Shown: positions 23,301 through 36,799 of the stretch, in pieces
How positions within the stretch are numbered: position 1 is the stretch's first letter
Layout: each line of letters starts with the position of its first letter
Assembly: GCA_030704615.1 (NCBI GenBank)
Contig: CM060734.1
Coordinates: 17,236,001 to 17,300,000 of the forward strand
Origin: Takakia lepidozioides
Lineage: Eukaryota; Plantae; Bryophyta
Reading direction: 5' to 3'
DNA length: 64,000 nt
The notes under the pieces: model-generated
The model's database searches: none
Told to the model about the DNA's origin: nothing
What the model saw: the letters and a program-made list of their open reading frames with translations, nothing else
Position numbers and translations under genes: made by a program

Positions 23301-26300
23301 ACAATATGGGTAATCATTATCAAAGGCCACGAGATGACTATCCACCACGGGATAGAGAACATCAACCCAGAAACAAAGAAATCACGAGATGTCACTACTG
23401 CAAGAAAGAGGGACACTAGAAACATGAATGCCAGTTGTGAATCAAGCATGAGGCAGAAGTGGGAAATATGGAAGCCGGACCGAGTGTAGCCGTGAGTGTG
23501 GTAACCCCTGTAGTGGATACTCTTGCGGTAACCCGAACTCAGGCCAAGAAACATAAACCTCTAGATAAGGAGATTGAAGAAGAACGGAAACAATATCCAG
23601 AAAGTGCAGCATGGCAGGAAGAAAAGAGCTTACACCAGGAGGTAAGTAAAGCCATAGCTCAAATGCAAGAGGGAACCCATATACCTTCTGGAGAGCCAAC
23701 TCTAGATAATCAAATAAGACCAACGGTGAAGACCACGAATGCAACCACGGAAACAGAATTGGCTCCATTGGAAACCATTGAAACCATTGAAACCATTGGA
23801 CAATTAATAAAATTTGCTCCACACTGCAAGAAAACTTTATTTCAGCCAATCGAGGCATTGACCCCCACACCAAAACAAAAACCAACACCAGAGGTTTACA
23901 CGATTAAACCCACAACTATACGACAAACTCCAGACTACGACGAAGCAATACCCGTAATACAAGTACGTATTGGACAAAAGCTGGTAACGGATGTACTCAT
24001 CGATGGAGGATCCGGAGTGAATATCATGACAGAGAAGATGAAGAAGTCACTAGGATTGGGGCACATGGAACCTGCTCCATTCACAGTACGAATGGCCGAT
24101 CAACGAAAAGTGCAGTCATTAGGTATCATCAGACGACTTGCAATGGAAGTAGCAGGACTGATATACGAAGTATCAGTAACCATTCTCAGAATGGAGGATG
24201 TGGCAGAAGGATATTCACTACTACTTGGCCGACCATGGTTAACACAAGCCCAATCACCCCACGATTGGGGAAGTCAGACTCTCACGATCAAAAAGGGATC
24301 AGAACAAGTCACCATCACTACGAAACAACGAGGTACCATTCCACGAGAGAAACGACCTTGCATAGTGGAAGAGTATGATTGGTCCAGTGGACTATCGGAT
24401 GAAGAAGAAGCCACAGTGTATGCAGCACATCCACAGTTGGAACCTATTGGGCAACTAGTGGTCAAGCATACCACAACAGTAGGATGTTGAACACCCAAGG
24501 AGAACCAAATACTTCAAGAACGGAAGATCCGGAGGAAGAAGCTATGGACACACCTCAACACCCTGCCCGTTTTTATCAAGAAAGGGAAGAAGACATTAAA
24601 ATCAGTGAAGTACCTGCCACAATTGCAACCATCGGACAAGAGATTGCAGGATGGACAATAACGGAAGAAACTCAATTGATTCAAGTGAATCTGGGAACAG
24701 TGGAAGAACCATAGATAATACGAGTAAGTGCAGGTCTTGAAGAATCATTTCTACAAGAAGCTACTGCATTATTCACTGAATACAAGGATGTAACTACAAA
24801 GATTTGAAGGGTATACCTTCTCACATCTGTCAGCACCGAATTGAATTGGAAGTTGACACAAAACCAATTCATCAGAACCGTTACAAAATGAACCCCAACT
24901 ATGCAGCTAAGGTTTGGGAAGAAATCAAGAAATTACTGGATGCAGGATTCATATACCCAGTAGAGACACCACAATGGTTATCACCCATTGTGATAGTACC
25001 CAAGAAAAATGGAAAATTACGAGTATGTGTGGACTACCACAAGTTAAACGCGGGAACTAAGAAAGATCCCTTTTCACTACCTTTCACCGAAATAGTGTTG
25101 GACACAGTGGCCGGACATGAGATGTACTCATTCATAGATGGGTTTAGTGGGTACAACCAGGTGCAAATGGCAGAAGAAGACCGAGAAAAGACCGCATTCA
25201 TCACTGAATGGGGAGGCTACACTTACAAAGTCATGTTATTTTGACTTTGCAATGCACCAGCCACATTTCAGCAAGCAGTATCTGAGATATTCAAGAATTA
25301 TCTCAACGATTATATGCAGGTATTTTTGGATGATTTCAGTGTCTTCGGACAGAAATCCAAACACTTGGCACAGTTAAAACTTTGCTTACAAGCCTGCAGT
25401 AAGTCTCAACCCGGAGAAATGTACGTTCTGTGTGAATTCAGGATTATTGTTGGGACACATTGTGTGCCAACAGGGAATTCTGGTGGATCCAAAGAAAGTG
25501 GAGGTTATACAGAAAATACCACCACCAAAAAATCCCAAGAAACTCAAGAGATTTCTGGGGCAGACGAGCTATTACAGAAGGTACATGGACAAATATGCTC
25601 ACAGAGCAGCACCAGTTTATAGACTGCTGAAGCAAGATGCCGAATACCGATGGTCTCCAACTTGTCAGGAATCATTTGATTCACTAAAAAGGGCACTCAC
25701 AGCAGCACCAATTCTGATAAATCCAAGATGGGATTTACCATTTCATGTACACAGTGATGCATCAGGCATTGCTTTGGGAGCAGTTCTAGCTCTGAATGTG
25801 ACAGGCACAATAGATTCACCAATCTATTATGCAAGCAGATTGTTGACAGCAGCCGAGAAGAACTATAGCACCACAGAAAGGGAAGCATTGGCAATGATTT
25901 AAAAGTTTCAGCATTATTTACTTGGCAATCGCTTTAAGTTTATTGTTGATCATTAGGCTCTAGTTCATTTAGCAAATCGACCACTAGCTAGTGGCAGAGT
26001 TGCTCGATGGTTATTACTTCTTCGTGAGTATGATTTACACAGTAATCAAGGGGATTCTGTACAAAAGACGAATTGACTCCATAATGAGAAGTTGTGTAAA
26101 CAAAGACCAAGCCAAAACAATGATGCAAGAACTACACGAAGGAATTGCAGGAGGACACTTCAGTTCGGACCTGATAGCAAAGAAGATATTATTAGCAGGT
26201 TACTGGTGGCCTACTATATTTGGAGACACTTATGAACACTGTCAACAGTGTGATGTTTGCCAGAGGATGGGACCAGTAGAACGAACGGGGAAGGGTACTA

Positions 26301-28267
26301 TGCACCCAATACTACCAACAGAACCATTTCAGCGATGGGGGCTAGACTTCGTGGGACCCATTAAACCTCTAGCAAGGTACACACAGAACCAATACATCCT
26401 CACAGCCACTGACTACACTACCAAATGGGTAGAGGCCAAGGCACTAAGAGACAAACTCCCAGATCGACAGCCAAATTCTTATACGAAAACATCATCACAC
26501 GATTTGGTTGCCCACTGGAATTCGTCAGTGATCAAGGATCACATTTTATAAATGATGCCATAAAATGCTTGATGGAGGAGTTCATGATCGTACATCACAA
26601 GAGTACTGCTTACTATCCCCAAGGAAATGGCCAGGCCGAATCTACCAACAAGATATTATGCACTATCTTAACCAAGATAGTAAATGCCAATCGTACAGAT
26701 TGGGACACCAAATTGAACACAACACTATGGGCATTCCGGACATCATACAAGGTGACCACGAAACATACACCATTTCAACTAGTGTATGGAGCAGAGGCAC
26801 TATTACCCATTGAGTGTATGATACCCACACTACGAACCGGAACTCAGGAACGATGGGGTTTAGAGGAATCTCTATGAGTCAGGGAATATGAGTTATTCCA
26901 TCTGGAAGAAGTTCGGGCAGACGCCGCAGATAACATGGCACAGATTCAAGAACAATGAAGAAAAAGAATATCCGAAGGGAAAGAGAAATCTTTCCAGGAC
27001 GGGGACATTGTTTTGTGGTTACCAAAAATCAAGAAGATCAAACTGGGCGGAAAATTGAAAATGCCATGGATGGGACCATTTCCAATCAAAAGGGTACATG
27101 ACAATGGAACTGTTGATTTGCAGACCTTGGAACAAGAATTCGTGGGACGAATTAATATTAACAAGTTAAAAGGCTACCAGGGAATACATGACAAAGCCCT
27201 TATACATGACTTATACGCCAACGAGGAAGATCAAACTGAAGATGAGAAGCGTGAAACCGCCAGTGCATACTACATTCATCACGACACGGTGAATCAGCAT
27301 GTACTAAGACAGGTGGCAACACAAATTCAGGGCACCACGACGGCTAGACCACCATTCATCTGGAGGACAACATTACCACCCCGTATACCGTATGGTGAAC
27401 CGTGGCCAGCACAGATGCCCTACAGAACCGTGAACGAATACGAAGCAGCCAACGAGTCACTACTTGTGTTAAACTCCAAGATATATGTTCTAGATCACCC
27501 CACCGACCGTGGTAATCATACACCACTAGCCATCGATCATAACACGGAGGCAGAACGACGACGCAATCCAACGAATTGCCAAAAGACGGCGGATGATAAG
27601 GGCAAAGCCATTAAACCAAGCTGCAAGTAGTGTGCACACGCCGCCCATCTAAAAACAGACCACGTACCAAACTGGATGAACACATCCAAGATGGCTGACC
27701 AAAACTGGACAATCATCAACGACCATCAGTTCGATCCAAAACAAACCACGAAGAAAACACCAACGGAAGAAAATTAGGCACAAAAGGGATGATTTTTTCT
27801 CAAAACCGTTACCAGAAGCTAAATGCTTCTTGGTAAGCCTGGGCCCAGCAATTAAAGCTAACTGCGCTTTAAGCCTAGGCAACCAGCAGGACAGAATTAC
27901 CTCCACGAGAACCTCGAGAGAAGTTAGAGGAGAAGCCTACAGAGGAGAACCCCTACTTAAACCCAGAAGCGAACTCCTCACCTTCTCTTCCGCAAACTGG
28001 AAATTGTTGTATATACAACTTCTAGTGTGCTTCATATTGCTCGTGATACAGGAATTGGTGCTCCAATTCCTTACAACAACCGCAAGACTAAGAGAAATGG
28101 CAGGCACCAAGCCGAAGGCACCAAGTTCTTATGCGCAAGTGAATTTCAAAATCAGCCCGGCGTTGCGGAAGATTGAGCAGGACACAAAGACACAGGAGAC
28201 GTTGAACAGTCTTGGCCTGCGATACTTCATCACCACGCTGGACTGGAACCTTAACCACGACAAAATG
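20380..28267 (+). mobile_element. Athila-like Ty3/Gypsy element A (5' LTR 20380-21238, PBS 21241-21258, 3' end truncated)
   Basis: TG..CA LTR then TGGCGACC PBS-like sequence; gag, LIDGGSG protease, RT ([23 protein letters not shown]), RNase H, integrase; start of an extra 3' ORF at ~28096. Confidence 0.9.
21840..27630 (+). pseudogene. pol: gag-pol of element A (many stops and frameshifts; deletion in the RNase H-integrase linker ~26040)
   Basis: YDGKSDPDIHL capsid, CHKC/CDIC knuckles, [28 protein letters not shown]. Confidence 0.9.
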
Positions 28268-28562
28268 CTTGGCTTTACTTTATTTCTTGGCTTTATGGAG
28301 AGTCAAACCAGATTACATTCCCCCAAGCCCTTGGGGTTATGACATGGTAAAGGTTAAGTGATTCTGGATATCCTTATTGTGACCTATATGCTCTGAATGT
28401 TTCTTATGGGGTGCAAGAATACCATTTCCAGATTTGTACCTAAAGGTATCTATGCTGGAAACCGCTTGACACAAGTGTATCCGTGTAAGTAAAATGCAAC
28501 AATGCACCTGCAACTAGTGTTTATGGCTCATTTCCTTCTATGAGGGCATAAATCAAGGGTGT

Positions 28563-29264
28563 TGATTGTCTCCTTCAATGATGAATGACCTGAAAGCTCA
28601 GTTTGAGACTCAATTTTATTAAGGGGCATGAATGATCTAGAGGTTGGCTTACAATGAGACTGCAATAAAGGGTATGCAGATCTGGTTATGCTATGTCAAA
28701 TCTGTCATATGTTTTCATGACCCTTTGGCTTTATTTTTTACCTTGGCAATGCTCTGAAAGTTCTTGTGATGCACTGAAAACGACATGCTAGGGTTCTGGA
28801 ACACTATATCCAAACCTGTGAAGTGTTTATGGGGTAGTAAACAGTGCTTGTTATACTGCTGTAGCTTAAAAATTGCTGAGCAACACATCCAAAGAGCTTG
28901 AAATCAGATATTCTATTAATGCTCCTTTAAGCATTTACAGACTGGTTTTGAGTCTGGTTTCTTAAACATGCCTCAGTTATGTTATGGCCTTGGTATCACT
29001 ATGTTGTGATACATTGTCTAGCTCCAGACTTAAACCTGGTCATGGGGCTGTAAGCAGGGCCACTTCATTTGTTTTGGCTTAGATCTCCAGACTTGAAATT
29101 GCATAACTATTTAAGCCTCAGCTTTAAAGGGCAGAATCTATGACGATGGATCTTAGAGTGCAGATATTCTCATGTAAATGCATGATGTTAATCTGCAAAA
29201 CTGATATGTTCAAAATGACTCTTTGCTCAAAAAGACACTTGATACAAGTTCATATGGGTAAGGC
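28563..29264. repeat. Inverted partner of 19626-20379; possibly part of a degenerate ~1-kb tandem unit (28554 motif recurs at 29523)
   Basis: Direct sequence comparison. Confidence 0.85.
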
Positions 29265-31254
29265 ATTGAAAAGATTCTTACTTCAATTGTTTGAGACTCA
29301 AGGGCATGAATCTATGGTGACGGATTTCTTAGACACCTACCTTGTTTGCAAGCTCTTAACACAGGTGTATGTCTAGTGGTTATGTCATGCCTACAAGGGA
29401 TGTAAGCTGATGCTGGAAACTATTTCATAACTGCTCATGGCATAGGACTGTTTTCTTATGAAATGAAGACTTTCTCAGGCAGCCCTCTCAGATCCAACTG
29501 AGCTGCTGCAAATGGTATAAAGCAAGGGGGTTGATGGTCTCTCTGAATGATGAATGGCCTTTTTAAATAAACCCCACCCTACTCTGAACTCTACAGTTCA
29601 ATCATTTGAGGAGATGTGCATGGAAGGAGGTGTTAGATGGTGCCCTGTAAAGGGCTGATGATGTCTTTAATTAACAACGACCCTACTGGTCTTGTTTGTG
29701 TCTTGACATGACATTAATATCTTCCCTCTCTTCCTTTGACCAGTGTACTTACGTGGTGTTTACCCCTCTCCTTTCTTGTTCCGTCTTTCTCATGTTGATG
29801 TACTTACATTTCTTTGGCTTTGACAGAAGGGTAGCAGATACACTCCGATTTGTAGTGATGAACTCAAACATGATCCGGTCAATGTACATTACTTTGTTTA
29901 GCTTGTCTCTTGTAGCCGATGCCTCATGTCACTCTTAGATAACTTCCGGCTCTTAAGCTTTTATGTTTCTCTTGTATGTGGCCTCGCTCCTTGTAGCACC
30001 ACTAAAAATTGCCCAGAGTGTAATATGTGGCTGGAATAGGCCGGTGAATCAGTATTAATATGATCTCACTGGCTTCTCCCATTCTGTATTTTTCCGGCAA
30101 CGTTGATACGGCTTGGAAAGAATGTTATGTACTGATTCATACCCTTGGAAAATTAATTCTGAAACAAGTAAGCTGATTCACATCAGTATAAGGCTCCTCG
30201 CAAACAAGGATCCTTCCCCAGTTAAATGTGACTGATAGGGTGAAATGATGTGCAGCAATTTGCTGCCTTTGGCTGGAGAACACTTATAATTCCTATGCTC
30301 ATGCCTGTCCACTTATGTGAAGGCTATGTTGACAAACTGAAAGCCATACCTGTCCAACTTTGTGAAGGTTATGTTGACAACATAAAAGGTAACCTGGAAA
30401 CAACAGCTTGTTCAACGGCTAAGAGGTAACATGGAAAAGTCATGACTCTACCTGTCCAGCTGTATTCTTGTTATGCCATTGATCACTTGATCATGAGGTA
30501 TCAGCCCACCTTACCTCCATGTCAGTAATATGGAGCACTAAATCCCTAATATGGTATGATTTTATCTATTAGGAAATTTGCTTCTGTAACCAGAAAATTG
30601 GCTAACTAGGTGAAATTATATGTAGTAGTGTGCTGCCATTGGCTGAAGTACACTGATAATTCCTATACTCATGCCTGTCCTGACTTGTGAAGGCGATGTT
30701 GGCATGTTACAAGCTGTTTGCTGCCCTGTCGAGCGGCTTTTACTCACCCATCCCTTCGCTATCCAAGGTAGAAACTCCAAGATAGAAGAGTTGGATATTT
30801 CTAAGCACTCAGCATGCTCAGAACAATCAGTCATGACCTACAGCTAGTGTATCATGGAAGTGCTTCCTATTTGTATTCCTTCTTGTCTTCATGTCAACAA
30901 GTTACCTTACTGTTTAAGAATTGTGGAATATGTATCAGATTAAGTTATGTCATGTAACAGGCCGAAGCCATGGTGTCCCTAATCTGCTCTACAGTATCAC
31001 CCTATAGCTTTGCATGTATTAAGCACCTACAGATCGCCTCTCCTCTAGTTCGTGCTCTCCGCCTGATCTCCTCTACTCATGACCCCGAAGTGCCCCTTGA
31101 GAAGTCCCCTCTATGTTGCTGCTCTGCCTAATTTATCTGCAAGCTGTTCTAACCGCCTAACTAACTAACTGTCACCCAAGAAGTAAGCACGTTCCCTCTG
31201 TAGATGTCGTTCCCACACAGTCGTTCCCTGCCAATGATAATCGTTCCCTATGTA

Positions 31255-31530
31255 CGCTGTGACGGGCTGTGCCAAGCTGTGTCGGGCTGTGACTGTGCCG
31301 AGCTGTGACTGGCTGTGTCGGGCTGTGACTGGTTGTGTGAAGCTGTGTCGGGCTGTGGTTGACTGTGTCGGGCTGTGACTGTGCCGAGCTGTGACTGGCT
31401 GTGTCGGGCTGTGACTGGTTGTGTGAAGCTGTGTCGGGCTGTGGTTGACTGTGTCGGGCTGTGTCGGGCTGTGATAGACTGTGATAGGCTGTGTCAGACT
31501 ATGACAAGCTGTGCCAAGCTGTGTCTAACT
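31255..31530. repeat. ~10-bp GGCTGTG(T/A)C-type minisatellite within the LTR
   Basis: Tandem GCTGTGTCGG/GCTGTGACT units; related arrays at 50250-50405 and 59035-59285. Confidence 0.9.
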
Positions 31531-31715
31531 GTGTAATGTTGTGACTACCTGCGTAAGCCTGTCTACCACCCCCAAGGCATATGCTAGTCCAAGTCTACCA
31601 TCCGTAAGTCTGTGCAAAAATTAAGGGTACCCCACAAAACCCATAAAAGTGTCTAAGTCCCAGACAACCCTCTAACATTACCCCTCCTCCTCTCAAAAAA
31701 CCGTGTCCTCACGGT

Positions 31716-34700
31716 TTACTGTTTAGGATCAGCAAACCTCTTTGCACGAGGACCTTTCTGTTGGTGAGAGTCCCGTGGAGGGCTCTGTGTGCGAGCCCGA
31801 GCTCTCTCACTGGCTGATGGAGGCGAATGGGCACCAAATGGAAAGGTTTGCCCTTCCTTGGGTTGATAAGGAGATAACTTCTCAAGCATAGGAGATCCCC
31901 GTCGTTTCTTCTCTGCCATCTATAGTGCATAGTCCTCCGACATATCAAAAGGTTCCTCCATAGAACCAGTAGTATCAGAATCATCGTCCCCCCTGTGGCC
32001 TTTCGGTGCCCGAACCTTAAGTGGCTTCTCAGGAATCCTGCGTGGCATACAGTGTTGGCCCACCAGGTCTAGAAGCTTAAACTGTACAACTTGCATCAAT
32101 CGTTTGCGAGCAAAATTAGTATACTCCCGAAGCTCCTTGTCCGTATAGGTGAGAGGTGTGCCAATGACCTTAGAACAGTGTAAGTATTTCCAGGCTTCAT
32201 GTCCCTTATAAAAAATATTGTCAAAGCCAAATTTTTCCTTGGCCAAACTGTCCAAAGCAAAATGGAACCAAGAACGAAGTTGGGGATCCTTCTGCAACAT
32301 GACCTTCACATCATACAAATACATATGGGGTGGAACTGAAGGTAAAACCCAATGATCCCCAGTGGAATAACTTAGAAATCTCGACTGCATCTTCTGCTGC
32401 TCAATGTGATAACATGCAATGAAACAAGCAGCGTAATATAATCCACAGCCCATGACTAAACTAGGTACCTCCTTGGTCTTGGTGTAGATGTACCCATGAA
32501 CAATCTGGAAAGCAATTAATTCCTTCAGCATGGTGCCTGCCTCAGACCAGTACCTTGCAAAATGGTGATCCTCAAAGGGTCGGTTGCTCGGAAGAACCTT
32601 AGTCCGAGTTGCCACTGGCAACCAAATGCGCATGATATGGTAATAGTGTGCCAAAGACTCTGGAGGACTGAATCCTTCCAAGCCAAATCCATAACAATGG
32701 GAATTTGGTTGAAGGGCATAATCATAGATCGATTATACTCAAGTGCAGCAAGAGTCTTAGGTGGGTTAAAAGCAGCATCCCCCCAGACCTCAGATTGCTG
32801 CAGTGCCATGGTATCAACAGCGTCGACCTGTTGTGGTTGCTATGACATTGGCACCACTGTCCCTCCTGTTGTTGGCAAGTCCTGCACCTCCTGTGACGAA
32901 GATTGGAAAATCAAAGTCTGTGCATGCAAATAAGCAGCCCCCAGCTCTTCCTCAAGAACAAAAACTCTTTTATCAATGTTGGAGCTTAAGTCGTCCACTT
33001 GAGTCTGCAGCCCTTCCACATAATCCTGCAACTCAGCTATTCTACTATAGACATTGTCTATAGTGGTTGTGGCAATGTTCTGCACCTGCAGCCTGAGATC
33101 ATTCATCTCCTCCTGGTTGAGCTTCCTTGGTGTCTTCCCTTCTACCGGCCCTTGTGTTAACCACACTTGCATAAGATGATTATCCACCAAGTCATGTGTA
33201 GCACCCCTGAGACCCTGTTCCTCCTTGAGTCGATATGTTTGCAATTGCTGCTGCAAACTCTCCATGCGCTTTGCATGAGGTTCAACTAGAGCTGCATAGG
33301 CAACAGACATATTATTGGCTTCCTTCCAAGCCTTGGTAGTCATAGAAGCTCATTCTTTCATGGCGTGAGTGTTTGTTGCAACTCCAAGATGTACCTGTCA
33401 TTCTCAGCCTCAATCTGACTGTACTGTTGAAAGGTATCCTCATTGCGATGGATAGTAGCCTTCAAGTCAGCAATGAGTTTCCCTTGCTCCACTGTCTCAG
33501 CCTCCACCATCATACATCTCTATGCTTGTTTGTTAACTTCTAATGCAGTTTGCTCCAGAGTAGTTGTTAGTGAGGCACATTGGATGGTCATTCTCTGATG
33601 TACTGCCTCCAACTCTGTATGAAGCAACTTCATTTTCTGCAGTTTGCCCTCATGCTTCACCTGCAACTGGTATAACTGCTGCTTGTGCACTTCATGCAAC
33701 TTCTCATGCTCCAGACCTGCTTCAATCAGGTTTCCCTTTGCAAGCTGTAGGGTAGACTGAGCGTCCTCCAACTCTTTCTGCAACTTATGGTTGGCCTCCA
33801 CATCCACCTTATTTGCACACTCAGTGGCAATTCTTGCCTCAAACTCCTGATTGAGTTCCTCCCTCAATGTTGCCAGTTGTGTGGAAGGAACATGGGATTT
33901 CACATAAGTGCCCAACAGGTTGAGAGTCCTACTTATGGAACTCATAAGCATGGCCTGTTGTGGGTCTTCATGTAGAACTTGCTATTGTTCTCCCTGATCC
34001 TCCACAGTTTGATGTTTCACAAACCAGTCAGGCCAGGATCCTACAATATCGTCTCCCTGAGCAACCTGATCCTCCACAGGTTTTGTAGTGCCTTTGCACT
34101 CTACCCCTTGAACCTCCTCCACAGGTTTGGGCATGACTGGCACAGCAGGAATTTTGTTGGTCAGACCCTATATCTAATTTGGCGCTATTGGTTCTCCAAC
34201 CATGCCAGAGTTTTCATAGAGAAGGTCACCCTTCTCAATTTTTGCCACTACCTGCTCTGTAGTGGGGATGTCCAACCCTTCTCCTTCCACAGCAATAGGC
34301 TCTGGTGTAACAGTATGTACTATCTGAGTTACCCCTGGGGCAACTGAGTCAACTGGTTGTGGTGGTTGTGGTACTGAGGTGACTTCTTCCTCCCTCTCCA
34401 AAGGCCGTGCTTCCAACAATAACAACCCCCTGTGCTGTTGTTCCCCATCCTGCACAAGAGCTATGGAAACATCATCTTGCGGTTTCCTTGAAGCTAGTGG
34501 ATCTGCCACTACAGTCGTATCCCGCTTCTGTCTCTTGGACTGGTGTTGCCCCTCCAATCCCCCTTCACCTTGTGAAGAGCCTTGCTCCTCAATTGCAGTT
34601 GTGACTGTCTCAAACACTCCTATCTCATTGCGTTCTCGCGCATCAAGCAAACAGAAGTCAAGGATAATTTACGCAATTATTGGGCCAGACACAATGATCG

Positions 34701-35195
34701 GGGACTTAGCAATGGTATTTTGTAACCGCTTCATCTCTTCCACCAGACCGTTGTGCATCAACTCCGCCCAAGCCACATCCTCTCCCCTCAAGGCTTTCAG
34801 TACTTCCTCCATGAAGGATTTGCTAAGGTACTGTTGGTTCTGTTTCATCGCAAACAGAACATTCAGTATTTGACCAACTTCTCTTAACCCTGGGTACTCG
34901 GCCTTGGTGCAGGTGTATCCCTGAGTCTTAAAGAAACTCATTTCTTGGAACAAGTCCCCTATTTGCAATCTTGCCCTGTGCTCATCCACATTCACATGGC
35001 CCGATGGCAATTCAAACAATTGCTGCAAGTATTGGGGAGTAATCTTTATATCTACTCCCCTCACCTGTGTAACTCCTGTCCGAGGCTCAGAGTTCTGAAT
35101 GAATTGAAACATGAACCCCCGATGATGCAAAGACCATTCCTTGCGTAGCAGCCCTTCCAATCGCAACTCTTTCAGCAGCTGCACCGCCGGTGGTG
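31716..35195 (-). pseudogene. Extra 3' ('env-like') ORF of element B, coiled-coil-rich, frameshifted
   Basis: Fragments 34669-35184, 34174-34650, 33520-33951, 32840-33343 and 31920-32809 align with the element C ORF. Confidence 0.8.
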
Positions 35196-35859
35196 GGGGG
35201 ATGCCTCGGCGTGAGCCTGTTCACGTGAGCGCGTGAGCACAACTGCGCTCACGCCACGTCACCTTGCGCCAATGCCACATCACGGGGCTCACTCCACGTC
35301 ATCACACTTGAAAACAAGCTGGATGACATAATAAAAGGCAGTGGTCATTCCCACCTGAAAGCAACAGATGAATAAAGGATGGATGAATGTACAGTTGGAT
35401 GATAAATAGATGGATGAGTGTGAAAAATGAATGTAGATGGATGAATGAGGGATGGATAAGAGTCAAATGGATGAATGTATAATGGATGTTGAGCAATGAA
35501 AAACATTCATGACAGGAAGATGCATGACTAAAACTTTAGACAAATGCACAACGTATATGACATGAGTGTGGAAGGTTTGTGGGGTGGATTAAAGAGTACA
35601 GAGGATGAATGTACAATGGATGTTGAACAAAGGAAAACATTCATGAATGGAGCACGCATGAATACACTGTAGATGAAAGCACAATGGATATGACAAGAGT
35701 GAGGGAGGTTTGTGAGATGGATTCATACATATTGCAATTTAAATGGTAGTTGATTCTTTGATTATTTTTCTTTCCAAAGGAACAACTACGGTGGAGGAAG
35801 GGGATTCAACGTTTTCCAAAGAGGATGAAACAGAATATTAAAAGAACATAGTTCAGTCT

Positions 35860-36740
35860 TCCTCTGCATCTAAGTCTAAGTATTTAAGAACTCCGGATCT
35901 ACGCTGACTACACCTACGGCCGGGCAATAAAAATTTAGGGGATAGGGACTCGGCCGCGTGAAGTGCCATTGCTTCGGCATAATCAGGAAGCAGAAAATTG
36001 GAAAGGGGGCTGTCGAAAACAGACTCGCCACAAATGACTGTATCTCGTGAAGATCCACCGCTGCCTTTCCTGAAAGACAGCCTGAAAAAGTTATTACTGT
36101 AACTTTGATGTTATTGAGAAATTGAGTATGACTCCCAAAGTGGGTTTAGCACTTACTCACATGAAAAGTCGTTGTCGACCTGCTTATCTTCGGGATCGTC
36201 ATCATTTCGAATTTGAATCCGATCAGTCTGTGTGCCTGAAGTGGAGCCAGACAAAAGGGGGAGGAGCACTGTGTTGTAGAGGTCAGAATCACCCTCCATG
36301 CCAAAAAGGCTTCTTCTGCCTGCCTTGCATGCATGGTAAGTTGCTCCTGCACCAGACAGGAGGTTATGAACAATTCGGTGGGGGGGATTTAAGCAGATGG
36401 AACTGGTGAAAGAAAATCAATTCAAAAGGGAGAGAACGAACCTGTGGACACATAAAGATCGACCACCTGTGCAGAGTGGTGGCTGCATGACTCCAGCAGT
36501 ATTTGCATGAACGCTGGGGATTTTTCCTTTGCACCTCTCCAGGGAGTGCCATCTGGTCTCTTCAGAGTCTGACTGGACTGCATGAAGTTGTACAAAATGT
36601 CATCGACATGCGGCTCATAGGGGAGGTTGACGAAACAACCCTGGTCAGAAATCTCAAAGCTGCGGATGGAGGATGGTGTCTTTGAGGTGCGAATCCTCCG
36701 CAGGCAGATCGCCTCGAACATCCTCGTCTGCCAAAGATAG
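35860..36740 (-). pseudogene. 3' exons of the ParB-MTase gene (MTase C-terminal half)
   Basis: DILYNF...PWRGAKEKSPAFMQILLESCS...VVDLYVSTG, ATLHACKAGRRSLFGMEGD, last exon FLLPDYAEA. Confidence 0.8.
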
Positions 36741-36799
36741 CAGGTTAGTGTGGAAAACACAATCTATAGTGGAAGTGTGTACATCGGCTATTCATAACG

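Larger units (their letters stand above)
30727..35195 (-). mobile_element. 3' remnant of Athila-like element B: extra 3' ORF, PPT and 3' LTR (30727-31677)
   Basis: LTR homologous to 50127-51085; PPT GAGAGGAGGAGGGG; ORF pieces homologous to 55189-58307. Confidence 0.88.

Noticed and set aside
29590-30720. Host gene or regulatory region
   Set aside because: Only short ORFs and a ~50-bp duplicated motif (30285 and 30657); nothing recognisable.
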